NCBI GenBank assembly: GCA_046292385.1
Contig: JBKBRF010000002.1
Coordinates: forward strand, 235,653 to 299,652
Direction: 5' to 3'
DNA from: Armatimonadota bacterium
Lineage (GTDB): Bacteria; Armatimonadota; SYMT01
Length of the DNA stretch: 64,000 nucleotides
Part shown: in pieces, positions 29,557 through 38,783 of the stretch
Layout: each line of letters starts with the position of its first letter
Position numbering within the stretch: the first letter of the stretch is position 1
The notes under the pieces: generated by a model
Told to the model about the DNA's origin: nothing
The model's input: only the letters and a program-made list of their open reading frames with translations
Database searches by the model: none
Position numbers and translations under genes: made by a program

Positions 29557-30768
29557 CTACGCAACAGCGGCCTGGATCTTCCGCACGGCGGCGGCGATGT
29601 CGTCCATGTCGCTCCGCTCCGCGAGCAGGAGGCTCTGGCCCAGCCAGACCGCCTCGCTGCTGGCCTGCTCCACCTGGGGCAGGTGGACGGCGCCGTAGTC
29701 GATCCGCGCGGGGAACGGGTGGGTCTCCGTGTCGATCTTGAAAGCGGGGCTGCGGTAGAGCGGAGAGTAGCCCGGGCTGCACGGCACGCCTTCGGCGCGG
29801 AGCGCCTCCAGGAAGGCGTCGCGGGTCATGCCGCCGAGCTGGGCCGGGTCGATCCGGAAGATGAAAAGGTGGTAGGCGTGGTTGGTGATCCGCGGGTCGC
29901 GGCGCAGCGGCCGGATCCCGGGGACCTGCGCCAGCTGCTCCGCCAGGTAGAGCGCGTTCTCGTTGCGGCGCCGGGTCTGCTCTTCCAGGCGCCGGGCCTG
30001 GGAGAGCAGAAGGGCGGCCTGGAGCTCGGTCATCCGGAAGTTGCCGGAGAGCATCCGGTGCTCGTACCAGCCGCCTTCGCGGACGCGCCCGCAGTTGGAG
30101 AGCGACCAGGCCCGCTCGAACGTCTCCTCGTCGTTCGTCACGACGATCCCGCCCTCGCCGGCGTTCAGGTTCTTGCTCGCCTGGAAGCTGAAAGTCCCGG
30201 CATTGCCGATGGCGCCGACCCGGCGCCCGTTCCACTCCGCCAGGTGGGCCTGGGCGGCGTCTTCGATGAGGGCCAGGTTATGGCGGCGCGCGATCTCGGA
30301 GAGCGCGTCGAGGTCGGCGGGACAGCCCGCCACGTGGACCGCCACGATGGCGCGGGTCCGCTCCGTGATCGCCGCCTCGGCGGCGGCAGGATCGAGGTTC
30401 AGGGTGTCCGGCTCGATGTCGGCGAAGATCGGCACCGCGTTGACCTGCACGATCGAGGAGGCGGTGGCGATGAAGGTGTAGGGGGTGGTGATCACCTCGT
30501 CGCCCGCGCGCACGCCTGCCGCGCGCATGGCGATCTCCAGCGCGTGGGTGCCGTTGGTGCACGGGACCGCGTACTGCGCCTGCTGGAGCGCGGAGAAGTA
30601 CTCGGCGAGCTCGCGGTTCTTCGGCCCATTGAACCACTTGCCGCTGCGCATCACCGCCTCGACGGCCTGGACGTCGGTCTCGTCCCACACCGGCCAGGCG
30701 GGCCACGGCCGGGTGCGGAGCGGGGTGCCGCCCTGTACCGCCAGTTGCTCCGGAGCTGTGACTGCCAT
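29557..30768 (-). CDS. DegT/DnrJ/EryC1/StrS PLP aminotransferase (RifK/StsC-like)
   Basis: TNGTHAL, YTFIAT, IEDAAQAH, FSFQASKNLNAGEGG, NFRMTELQAA. Confidence 0.92.
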   Translation of the reverse strand: MAVTAPEQLAVQGGTPLRTRPWPAWPVWDETDVQAVEAVMRSGKWFNGPKNRELAEYFSALQQAQYAVPCTNGTHALEIAMRAAGVRAGDEVITTPYTFIATASSIVQVNAVPIFADIEPDTLNLDPAAAEAAITERTRAIVAVHVAGCPADLDALSEIARRHNLALIEDAAQAHLAEWNGRRVGAIGNAGTFSFQASKNLNAGEGGIVVTNDEETFERAWSLSNCGRVREGGWYEHRMLSGNFRMTELQAALLLSQARRLEEQTRRRNENALYLAEQLAQVPGIRPLRRDPRITNHAYHLFIFRIDPAQLGGMTRDAFLEALRAEGVPCSPGYSPLYRSPAFKIDTETHPFPARIDYGAVHLPQVEQASSEAVWLGQSLLLAERSDMDDIAAAVRKIQAAVA

Positions 30769-31102
30769 GCTAATCCCCCGCGGCGCATTCCGGCGCCAGG
30801 TCAACCCTTCTTACACCTTCCCCGAGCGCGATACCTTCCGAGTACGAGCACTCCTACGCCTACTCGTAATCCTACTCCGCCTCGAAGGCGCTCCGGAACG
30901 GCAGCGTCGTGCAGCGCGGGCCGCGAGGCATTTAAATACCTCGCTGGACGGCCTACGGCCACGCGTCCTCCGGACGCCCCTGCTGCGGCACACGGCTCCT
31001 CTCGTCGAAACGCGAGCCGTTACCCGACCTATCAGCGCGCTGAGACGTGCGTCGCGTCTCCGGAGCCGCGTCTCCCGCTCCGAACCGCGCCCACTCTCCC
31101 AC

Positions 31103-31843
31103 TCAGTCTTCGCCGCGCTCCCGGAGGAGCGCCTCGCGGGCGGCTTCTTGCTCCGCGACCTTCTTGCTCCCGCCGCGGCCGACTCCGAGGACGCGGTCGC
31201 CGACCATCGCCTCGCTCAAGAAGACGCGGTTGTGCGCGGGCCCGCTCTCCGCAGAGGTGCGGTAGACCGGCGTCACACGCTGCCGCTCCTGCCAGAGCTC
31301 CTGCAGGCGGCTCTTGTAGTCCCGCACCTCGTCCGGGTCGACCCGGCGCACCAGCTCCCGCAGGACGAAGTGGCGCGCCGCCTCCAGCCCCTGAGCCAGG
31401 TAGAGAGCGCCGAGCACCGCTTCGAAAAGATCGGAGAGGGTGCTCGGCCGCTCGCGCACTCCCGCGGCGTCGTCGGCCGGCGCCACCGCCAACAGCGCTC
31501 CCAGCTCCAGCGCCTCCGCGGCGCGCGCCAGGGAGGGCTCCGCCACGTAGGTGATCTTCATCTTGGTGAGCCGGCCCTCCCGCTCGTCCGGATAGGCGTG
31601 GTAGAGGTGCTCGCTCACCACCAGCGCGAGGACGGCGTCGCCCAGCAGCTCCAGCCGCTCGTTATCGCCGTGCGGCGCCTCCTCGGAGAGGCCGCGGTGG
31701 GTGAAGGCCTGCGCCAGCAGCTCCTCGTGCTCCGGCCCGAATCCCAGCGGGGCGCCGAACGACCGGAGACTCTCTCGCCATTCCGGACGGTTCCAGGGGT
31801 ACTCGGCGTGCGGGTCGCTCATCAAGGGTACGGGGTGGGACAT
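31103..31843 (-). CDS. rnc: Ribonuclease III
   Basis: AFTH, NERLELLGDAVL, EGRLT, DLFEAVLGALYL; dsRBD DYKSRLQE...GPAH...GSKKVAEQEAA. Confidence 0.95.
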   Translation of the reverse strand: MSHPVPLMSDPHAEYPWNRPEWRESLRSFGAPLGFGPEHEELLAQAFTHRGLSEEAPHGDNERLELLGDAVLALVVSEHLYHAYPDEREGRLTKMKITYVAEPSLARAAEALELGALLAVAPADDAAGVRERPSTLSDLFEAVLGALYLAQGLEAARHFVLRELVRRVDPDEVRDYKSRLQELWQERQRVTPVYRTSAESGPAHNRVFLSEAMVGDRVLGVGRGGSKKVAEQEAAREALLRERGED

Positions 31844-31846
31844 GGG

Positions 31847-32989
31847 TTAGCGCTTGGCGTAGGCCTTCGGCCGCTCGGCTCGCAGCAGGAGGTAGCTGAT
31901 CACCTGGTAGCCGACCAGCAGGCCGATCATCACGCTCACCAGCCACCAGTCGAGGACCGCCACCCGGTTGAGCGGCCAGAAGCGGACCTCCGCCCGGCCG
32001 ATGATGCGGTCGCGGTCGAGCGGCCCCCAGTGGTGGCCGTCTTCGCTGTTGTTCCGGTTGTCGCCGAGCACCAGGTACTCGTTCTCCCGCAGCTTCAGCG
32101 GCTCCATCCGGTACTGCGGCGGCTCCTTGAGGTACGGCTCTTCCAGCGCGCGGCCGTTCACCACCACGTGGCCGGGCCGGTACTCCAGCTCGGAGCCCTT
32201 GACCACCACCAGGCGCGGCTCCCCGTCGATGGTGTAGACCGTGGCGCCGAGACGGGGGTCGCCGCCGTACTCCCGCAGGTTGCGGAGCTCCGTAATGGTC
32301 CCGCCCGCGTCGTCTGCCGGGAGCTCCAGGTTGCCGTCCACTACCACGCCGGCGCCGGTCAGCACCGGGGAGCTGTCGGCGAGGACCACCCGCAGCGGGC
32401 CCCGGATCTGCGGAGAGGTGATCTCCGCGCGGGTGCCGGTAACGCGCATCCGGATCTCGTCCTGGTCCCCCAGGTGGAGCCCCGGCACCGGCGCGTTTCG
32501 GGTCGCCTCCTCGCGAGTCCACGCTCCCTCCGTGGTGAGCGTCAGTACGGGGCGGTCGTCGACCAGGAGCTGCGGCGGCACCACCTTCACCGTGTCGCCC
32601 GGCGTGCCGATGACGCGCTTGATGAAGTCCTTCTCCTCCGGCGACGCCTCCGGGGGCGCCTTGAAGACGATGATGTGCCCGCGCTCGGGGTCGAAGAACC
32701 GGTACACGAGCTTGTTCACGAGGAGCCGGTCGCCGACCGGGTGCTCCGGCGGTCCGTGGAGGGTCGGCTCCATGGAGCCGGAAGGGATGTAGAACGCCTG
32801 GAACAGGAACGGCCGGATGACGAGGAAGACCACCACCACCACGGAGAGAACGACCTGCACGTTCTCCACGATCCAGACGGAGAGACTGTCTCTCGCGGGC
32901 CCGGGAATCCGCACCAGCGCCAGAAGCAGGGCCATCACGCCGACGGCGATCAGCACGTTCTTGGCGCCCAGGTTTGCGAGGTAATCCAT
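31847..32989 (-). CDS. lepB: Signal peptidase I (copy 1, with large insertion)
   Basis: FYIPSGSMEPTL (Ser), GDRLLVNK, FIKRVIG.PGD (Lys), LGDNRNNSEDG. Confidence 0.93.
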   Translation of the reverse strand: MDYLANLGAKNVLIAVGVMALLLALVRIPGPARDSLSVWIVENVQVVLSVVVVVFLVIRPFLFQAFYIPSGSMEPTLHGPPEHPVGDRLLVNKLVYRFFDPERGHIIVFKAPPEASPEEKDFIKRVIGTPGDTVKVVPPQLLVDDRPVLTLTTEGAWTREEATRNAPVPGLHLGDQDEIRMRVTGTRAEITSPQIRGPLRVVLADSSPVLTGAGVVVDGNLELPADDAGGTITELRNLREYGGDPRLGATVYTIDGEPRLVVVKGSELEYRPGHVVVNGRALEEPYLKEPPQYRMEPLKLRENEYLVLGDNRNNSEDGHHWGPLDRDRIIGRAEVRFWPLNRVAVLDWWLVSVMIGLLVGYQVISYLLLRAERPKAYAKR

Positions 32990-33015
32990 CTAGGAGTTGG
33001 GGGGAGACGGAGGGG

Positions 33016-34185
33016 TTAGCGACTCAGGAAGCGCTGCGTCAGATTATAGACCACCAGCAGCCCCGCCACCGCCAGCACGAGCCACCATTTGAACAGGGTG
33101 GCCCGGTGCATCGGCCAGAACAGGATCTCCGCCCGGCCGATGATGCGGTCTCGCTTGAGCGGGCCCCAGCTATGGCTGTCGTTGCTGTTGTTCCGGTTGT
33201 CGCCCATCATGAAATACTCGTCATTGCCGAGCTTCCGGGGCGCCATGGTGTATTCCGGGGCTTCCTTGAGGTAGGGCTCCGGCAGCGGCTCGCCGTCGAT
33301 CCGGACGTGCGGCTCGCGGACTTCGAGCTTCTTACCCTTCGCCACGAGCAGGCGCGGCTCGCCGTCGATGGTAAAGGTCCAGCCTTCCAGGCCGTCTTCT
33401 CCGCCGTAGGGAGAGAGGCTCGGCTCGGCGAGGATCCGGCCGCCGGCATCGCGCAGCAGCGTCTTACCGTTCACCGTCACCTGGTACCGCGTCTGCCGCA
33501 CGTCCAGCTTCGGCGCGGCGAAGACGGTGAGCGGCTCCGTGTAGCTGGAGAGCTCCACCACCGCGCGGCTCCCCTTCACGCGCACCGATCCCTCGCCCTC
33601 TTCCGCGATCACGCCGTTCGGCTCCGTACTGAGCTTCACCACCGTGCGGCCGTCGACCACCATCTCCCGGCCCACCACTTCGATCGTCTCGCCCGGGAGG
33701 CCGATCACCCGCTTGATGAACTCCTTCTCCTCCACGGACGCCTCCGCCGGAGCCCGGAAGACGGCGATATCGTAGCGGCTCGGATCGGTGACGCGATAGA
33801 TCAGCTTGTTCACCAGCAGCCGGTCGCCGGTCGCCTTTCCGGCCATGATCGGGTTCGGACGCAAGTCGTCCGCCTGCGCGCCGCCTAGGGTGCTGCCGTT
33901 CATGTCGGCATCCGGCGGGCCCATCAGGGTCGGCTCCATGGAGCCGGAGGGGATGTAGAACGCCTGGAACAGGAACGGCCGGATGAGGAGGAAGACCACC
34001 ACCACCACGGAGAGAACGACCTGCAGGTTTTCGACCCACCAGCTCCCGGAGCGGTCCGAAGGCCGCGTCGTGAGACGCGCCACGGAGAGCAGCAGCGCCA
34101 TCACCCCCACCGCCAGCAAGACCTTGGCGGTGGTGAGATTCGCCAGCCACTCCGTTACCTGCGAGAACCAATCCCAGAACTGCAT
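33016..34185 (-). CDS. lepB: Signal peptidase I (copy 2, with large insertion)
   Basis: Same catalytic boxes (IPSGSMEPTL, IKRVIGLPGE, GDNRNNSNDS); ATG 34185 has GGAG upstream (ORF track start 34197). Confidence 0.93.
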   Translation of the reverse strand: MQFWDWFSQVTEWLANLTTAKVLLAVGVMALLLSVARLTTRPSDRSGSWWVENLQVVLSVVVVVFLLIRPFLFQAFYIPSGSMEPTLMGPPDADMNGSTLGGAQADDLRPNPIMAGKATGDRLLVNKLIYRVTDPSRYDIAVFRAPAEASVEEKEFIKRVIGLPGETIEVVGREMVVDGRTVVKLSTEPNGVIAEEGEGSVRVKGSRAVVELSSYTEPLTVFAAPKLDVRQTRYQVTVNGKTLLRDAGGRILAEPSLSPYGGEDGLEGWTFTIDGEPRLLVAKGKKLEVREPHVRIDGEPLPEPYLKEAPEYTMAPRKLGNDEYFMMGDNRNNSNDSHSWGPLKRDRIIGRAEILFWPMHRATLFKWWLVLAVAGLLVVYNLTQRFLSR

Positions 34186-34200
34186 CGAATACTCCACTTT

Positions 34201-34383
34201 TTAGGGTCTAGGGTCTAGGGTTTAGGGGGTAGGGTGTAGGGCTGGCGATCGGCCTATTTGCCATTCGGGAACCACAGCCCTGACCCGTTTGAAAAACCTA
34301 GGCATTTGAAAGCAGAACCTGTTTGCGGAAGGCGCAGCGCCAGCCGGACGAGCTACACCCTACCCCCTAGACCCTAGACCCTG
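34201..34383. repeat. Telomere-like TAGGGNN array and inverted CCCTA array bracketing the lepB upstream region
   Basis: TTAGGGTCTAGGGTCTAGGGTTTAGGGGGTAGGGTGTAGGG (34201-34241); CTACACCCTACCCCCTAGACCCTAGACCCT (about 34353-34382). Confidence 0.9.
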
Positions 34384-34394
34384 GCGAAGCCCAA

Positions 34395-35720
34395 TCAGCG
34401 ACTCGCCGCCAGCGCCTGGTCGGACTTCCTCTTCAGCTCCAGGGCGGCGGCGCGCGGCTCCATTTTACCACTCACCACGGCTCGTGCAGAGTCCTCGAGC
34501 AAGCTGCGGACTTCCTGCCAGCCAATCACGTTCGGCTCCGGGCGGGCGACCGGCAGCGTGTGCCAGATCGTGAGCGCCCGCGGGTTATCCCGGTAGAACT
34601 CCCGCATCTCCGGCAGCTCCACGGCGGAGCGCCGGATCGGCAGGTAGCCGGTCTCCCGCGCCCACCGGGCGGTGACCGGCGGCGAGACGAAATACTTCAC
34701 AAACTTCCAGGCCTCCCGCTCCTGCTCCGGCGAGCCCCGGAAGAGGCAGACGTTCGGCCCATACATCACGGTAGCCGGCTCCGCCGCCTGCGCGTGCGGC
34801 AGCAGCGCCACGTCCCACCGGAACCGGTCCCCCACCTGCTCCTCCATGAAGCTGCGCATGGAGCTGGTCTCCGTGGCGAACGCGCAGCGCTGCGCCAGGA
34901 AGAGCGATCCCACGTCGTCCGCGGGCGCTTCCAGCAGCGTGCCCGCCTGCCGCATCCGCTGCAGCATCGCCAGCGTCTCCACCATCGGCGGCTCGTCGAA
35001 GCGGGTCCGCTGCCCGTCTTCCGTGAGCGGGTGCCCGCCGCGGGAGAAGAGCATGCCGTCCAGCGTCGACGCATCCGCGGTGAAGCCGTAAGCGGGCGCG
35101 CCGAGCTGCCGCGAGATCGCCGCCGCCTGCCGCTCCAGCTCCTCCCAGGTGACCGGCGGACGCGAAAAGCCGGCCTTCTCCAGCAGCTCCTGGTTGTAAT
35201 AGAGCACCAGCGTGCTCTTGGTGAACGGGAACGAGAGCAGCTTCCCCTCGAACTCGGGATACCGGTTCGATTGTAGATACGGCTCGGGGATGTCCGACAG
35301 TTCACTTTCGCTGAAACCGATCTCCGGATCGGCGATCAGGTCGTCGAGCGGGCGGACCACGCCGCTGCGCATGTACTCCGTCACGTGCGCCTCGTAGGCC
35401 ATCGTCATGGCGGGGAGACGCTTCGCCTGGACTGCCGCGCGCGCCTTCTGGAGGAGGTCGTTGTAGCCGGACTGGAACACCGGCACGATCTCCACGCCCG
35501 GGTTCTCCCGGGAGTACTCCTCCGCGATGCGCCTGAGCGCCGCTTCCTGCTCGTCGCGGCGCGTGTGCCACAGCTCCAGCCGCAGCCTGCCGGCCGCAGA
35601 GCCGTTGGCGGCGCCCCCGGCGCCGGTGCAGCCGGCGCCGGCGCAGAGCAGGAGCAGCCCCACCACGGCACGGCGCGTGAGGCGTGTGAGGCGCACAGCA
35701 GACGGGACCGGAACGCTCAT
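34395..35720 (-). CDS. Carbohydrate ABC transporter substrate-binding lipoprotein (UgpB-like)
   Basis: Lipobox-like LLCAGAGC; SFPFTKSTLVLYYNQELL, PVTWEEL, WARETGYLPIR. Confidence 0.88.
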   Translation of the reverse strand: MSVPVPSAVRLTRLTRRAVVGLLLLCAGAGCTGAGGAANGSAAGRLRLELWHTRRDEQEAALRRIAEEYSRENPGVEIVPVFQSGYNDLLQKARAAVQAKRLPAMTMAYEAHVTEYMRSGVVRPLDDLIADPEIGFSESELSDIPEPYLQSNRYPEFEGKLLSFPFTKSTLVLYYNQELLEKAGFSRPPVTWEELERQAAAISRQLGAPAYGFTADASTLDGMLFSRGGHPLTEDGQRTRFDEPPMVETLAMLQRMRQAGTLLEAPADDVGSLFLAQRCAFATETSSMRSFMEEQVGDRFRWDVALLPHAQAAEPATVMYGPNVCLFRGSPEQEREAWKFVKYFVSPPVTARWARETGYLPIRRSAVELPEMREFYRDNPRALTIWHTLPVARPEPNVIGWQEVRSLLEDSARAVVSGKMEPRAAALELKRKSDQALAASR

Positions 35721-35742
35721 GCGAGACTCCTCTTCCCCGGGC

Positions 35743-36567
35743 TCAACCCTTGATCCCGGCGGTGACGCCCTCGATGAAGGTGCGCTGCGCCAGCAAGAAC
35801 AGGAGCAGGACCGGCAGCATCGCCAGGGTCGACGCCGCCATCAACAGGTGCGGGCGCATCGCCTGGTCGGCCAGGAACACCTGCAGCCCTACCTCAATGG
35901 GACGGATCGCTTCCGTCTGGGTTACCAGCAGCGGCCAGAGCAGCGCGTTCCAGCTCCCCAGGAAGGCGAAGAGACCGGCCGTAGCCAGCGCGGGCCTCAC
36001 CAGCGGCGCCGCCACGCTCCAGAGGAACCGGAGGTGCCCGCAGCCGTCGAGCTGGGCCGCCTCCAGGTAGTCGCGCGGCAGCGAGCGCAGCGACTGCGTC
36101 ACCAGGAACACCGCGAAGACACTGGCGCCCCACGGCACGATCATCGCCCAGTAGGTATCGTACCATCCGAGCTGACTCACCGTCACAAAGTTGGGAATCA
36201 GCACCACCTCGAACGGGATCATCAGGGTGGCCAGGTAGAGACCGAAGAGCAGCCGGCGGCCGGGAAACTCCAGCAGCGCGAACGCGTAGGCGGCGGGAAG
36301 TGAGGTGGCGACCACCGAGGCGAGCACCGACCCCGCCACCAGCAGCGTGTTCCCGAAGTAGCGCGCGAACGGCGCCGCCTGCCACGCCTCCGGAAAGTTC
36401 CCCCACCGCGGGCTCTCCGGGAAGAGCTGGGGCGGGTACGCCAGCGCCTCCGCGGGAGACTTGAGCGCCGTCAGCAGCATCCAGACGAACGGAAACGCCA
36501 CCAGCAGCGCCAGGCCGGCGAGCACCGCGTGCGCGGCGACGGAGCCGATTAGCTTCCTCGCGCGCAT
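35743..36567 (-). CDS. Carbohydrate ABC transporter permease (UgpE/MalG-like)
   Basis: PFVWMLLTALK, AAYAFA..FPGR, EAAQLDG, FLGSWNALLWP. Confidence 0.9.
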   Translation of the reverse strand: MRARKLIGSVAAHAVLAGLALLVAFPFVWMLLTALKSPAEALAYPPQLFPESPRWGNFPEAWQAAPFARYFGNTLLVAGSVLASVVATSLPAAYAFALLEFPGRRLLFGLYLATLMIPFEVVLIPNFVTVSQLGWYDTYWAMIVPWGASVFAVFLVTQSLRSLPRDYLEAAQLDGCGHLRFLWSVAAPLVRPALATAGLFAFLGSWNALLWPLLVTQTEAIRPIEVGLQVFLADQAMRPHLLMAASTLAMLPVLLLFLLAQRTFIEGVTAGIKG

Positions 36568-37574
36568 CACTGGTAGTGGACCCGCCGGCCCAGCACCCGG
36601 AACTGGAGCAGGGTGAGCGCCAGGATGATCAGGAAGAGCAGCAGCGCCACCGCGGAGGCGTAGCCTAGACCGAGCCGCGCCTGGTTCTGGTAGGCACTCA
36701 GGAAGATATACAGGGTGATGTTCTGGGTGGTGCCGTCCGGTCCGCCCCGGTGGTCCGGCGACAGGACGTAGAGCTGCGTGAAGTTCTGGAACGCGCGGAT
36801 GGTAAGGATCACCATCAGCATAAAGAGTGTGGGGGTGATGAGCGGCAGGCGCACCGAGCGCATCAAGCGCCAGCCGCGTGCGCCGTCGAGCCGGGCCGCC
36901 TCGAGCACGCCCTCCGGCAGGGCCCCCAGGGCCGCGAGCAGGATCACCACCGCGAAGCCGAGGTTGTGCCAGACGGTGACCGCCATGATGCAGACGAGCG
37001 CCAGGCTGGGGCCGGCGGCCCACTTCGGCAGGCCGAGTCCCAGCGCCTCCGCCGCAAGCCGGAAGACACCCTGCTCCTCCCGCAGCCATTCCGGACGCGC
37101 CCCGAAGAGGCCGGCGGCGGCGGTCGCCAGCCCGAACTGCGGGTTCAGCAGCCAGAGCCAGACCGCCGCGGCGGCGACGGGCGAGACGACGTAGGGCGTG
37201 AAGAAGAGCAGCCGGTAGAAGGCGAGCCCGCGCAGGCGGCGCTGGAGCAGCTCTGCCAGCAAGTAGGCGAGCGCCAGGGTAGTCGGCACCGTGCCGAGCA
37301 CGAACCAGAGGGTGACGCCGAGAGAGCTCCAGAGCTCCGGCTCGCGGAAGAGCGCCTGCCGGTAGTTCTCCAGCCCCACGAACGGCCCGGGCGCCAGCTT
37401 CCACTCCTGCAGGCTGAGCTGCGCGGCGCGGAAGAGCGGCAGAAAGCCGAAGGCGCCGACGATGACGAGGCTCGGCAGCAGGAACAACAGCGCCACCGGC
37501 GCGTCCCGCCACTTCTTTCCGAATCGGGCAGGGGTAGGCTTGCTTGCCTGCTCTGGCGGTGCGGGGGGAGCCAT
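36567..37574 (-). CDS. Carbohydrate ABC transporter permease (UgpA/MalF-like)
   Basis: FVGLENY, EAARLDGA, LPLITP, GYASAVA. Confidence 0.9.
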   Translation of the reverse strand: MAPPAPPEQASKPTPARFGKKWRDAPVALLFLLPSLVIVGAFGFLPLFRAAQLSLQEWKLAPGPFVGLENYRQALFREPELWSSLGVTLWFVLGTVPTTLALAYLLAELLQRRLRGLAFYRLLFFTPYVVSPVAAAAVWLWLLNPQFGLATAAAGLFGARPEWLREEQGVFRLAAEALGLGLPKWAAGPSLALVCIMAVTVWHNLGFAVVILLAALGALPEGVLEAARLDGARGWRLMRSVRLPLITPTLFMLMVILTIRAFQNFTQLYVLSPDHRGGPDGTTQNITLYIFLSAYQNQARLGLGYASAVALLLFLIILALTLLQFRVLGRRVHYQ

Positions 37575-37751
37575 CGGTTGTTGTATTTTAGCATTCCGGC
37601 AGCCCGAACGCTCGATTGGTTGTGAAAGCGTTGGGTTGCTCGGTAGTCCGTGCCGATAATCCCGAATGATCAGCCGTGCGCCGGCTCCTGCCGGACTCCC
37701 CCTCGCATCCGGTCGCCTGGACCGCGGGCTCCCACCCCGCGGACTCTTTTT

Positions 37752-38687
37752 ATGCAGACTACCGCGCTCGTCCGTATCAGCTCTCCTGGACCGACCTCCC
37801 ACGCCCACCTTCGCGCCCTGCGGGAGGCGACGCGGTGGGCAAGCCGGCAGCCCGGCTTTCGCGGCTGGCAGACGTTCCGCGCCATGGATCCCTCCGGGGC
37901 GATCCTGGCGCTCATCGACTGGGACTCCGGCACCTCCCTGGAGAGAGCGGCGGCCGATCCCTGGCTGCAGGATATCCGGAACCGGATCGCGCGGAACGGC
38001 TCCGTGGTGAGCCCGGTCGAGGTGCTGCCGCAGGTCTTCGACCGCCGGATCAGCCCCGGCGACGCAGCGGCGACGCTGATCCGCGTGAGCCGCACCGTCC
38101 GGCCGCAGCGAGCGAGCCTGCGGGATCGAGAGTTCGCGCTCCAGGCGCTGGCCGCTCCGGGAAGCGTGGCGACCCGCGGCGCGCAGGACGCGACCGCCGG
38201 AGTGAGCGTGTGCCGGCTCGACTTCGAGCTGGAGGATGGCCTGTGGCACTTCCTCGAGTCGCCGCTGCGGATGCGGTGGTCCGGCGCGGCACAGGGCGAA
38301 GAAGAGGAGACCTGGGCGATCAACCTCCCCCGGTTCGAAGAGCTGCCGCTGCGACCCCGGCCCGGGCTCACCCCCGTGACGCCGCTCGCGATGCAGCTTT
38401 CGGTCGACGAGCGGTCTCACCGGGCCCGGGTGCGGCTCGAAGGCCGGATCGATCTCCGCGGCTCGGAGCACTGTGAAAAGGTGTGCCGCTCGCTGCTGGA
38501 GGGCGGCTGCCGCACTCTAGAGCTCGACCTCTCGGAGCTCCAGGGGATCTCCGCGGAGGCGCTGGCGATGCTCACCCGGACTGCCCGCTACCTGAAGCAG
38601 CACGGCGGCGAGTTCATTGTTATCGACAACGCGACCCGCGTCCGACGCGTGGCCCGCACCAAGCACCTCGAAGCGTCGCTCGGTTAA
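37752..38687 (+). CDS. STAS (anti-sigma antagonist) domain protein with an ABM-like N-terminal region
   Basis: C-terminal VRLEGRIDL...LELDLSELQGISAEALAML...GGEFIV (STAS); N-terminal QPGFRGWQTFR...ALIDWDS resembles ABM/dimeric alpha-beta barrel proteins. Confidence 0.6.
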   Translation: MQTTALVRISSPGPTSHAHLRALREATRWASRQPGFRGWQTFRAMDPSGAILALIDWDSGTSLERAAADPWLQDIRNRIARNGSVVSPVEVLPQVFDRRISPGDAAATLIRVSRTVRPQRASLRDREFALQALAAPGSVATRGAQDATAGVSVCRLDFELEDGLWHFLESPLRMRWSGAAQGEEEETWAINLPRFEELPLRPRPGLTPVTPLAMQLSVDERSHRARVRLEGRIDLRGSEHCEKVCRSLLEGGCRTLELDLSELQGISAEALAMLTRTARYLKQHGGEFIVIDNATRVRRVARTKHLEASLG

Positions 38688-38783
38688 GTCGCGCCGGCAG
38701 AGAACGTGGGAATCTCCGCGTTTGGACAGGATTCCGGCGCGGCGGGTAAACTAAGTTCGTCTCTTACGGAAGGCGAGCGGACG

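Noticed and set aside
28278..30768. Aminoglycoside or ansamycin biosynthetic cluster
   Set aside because: The RifK/StsC-like aminotransferase has no accompanying glycosyltransferase, cyclase or PKS genes; catabolism is more plausible.
34201..34241. Eukaryotic telomere contamination
   Set aside because: Units are degenerate, short, internal, and embedded between intact bacterial genes at several loci.
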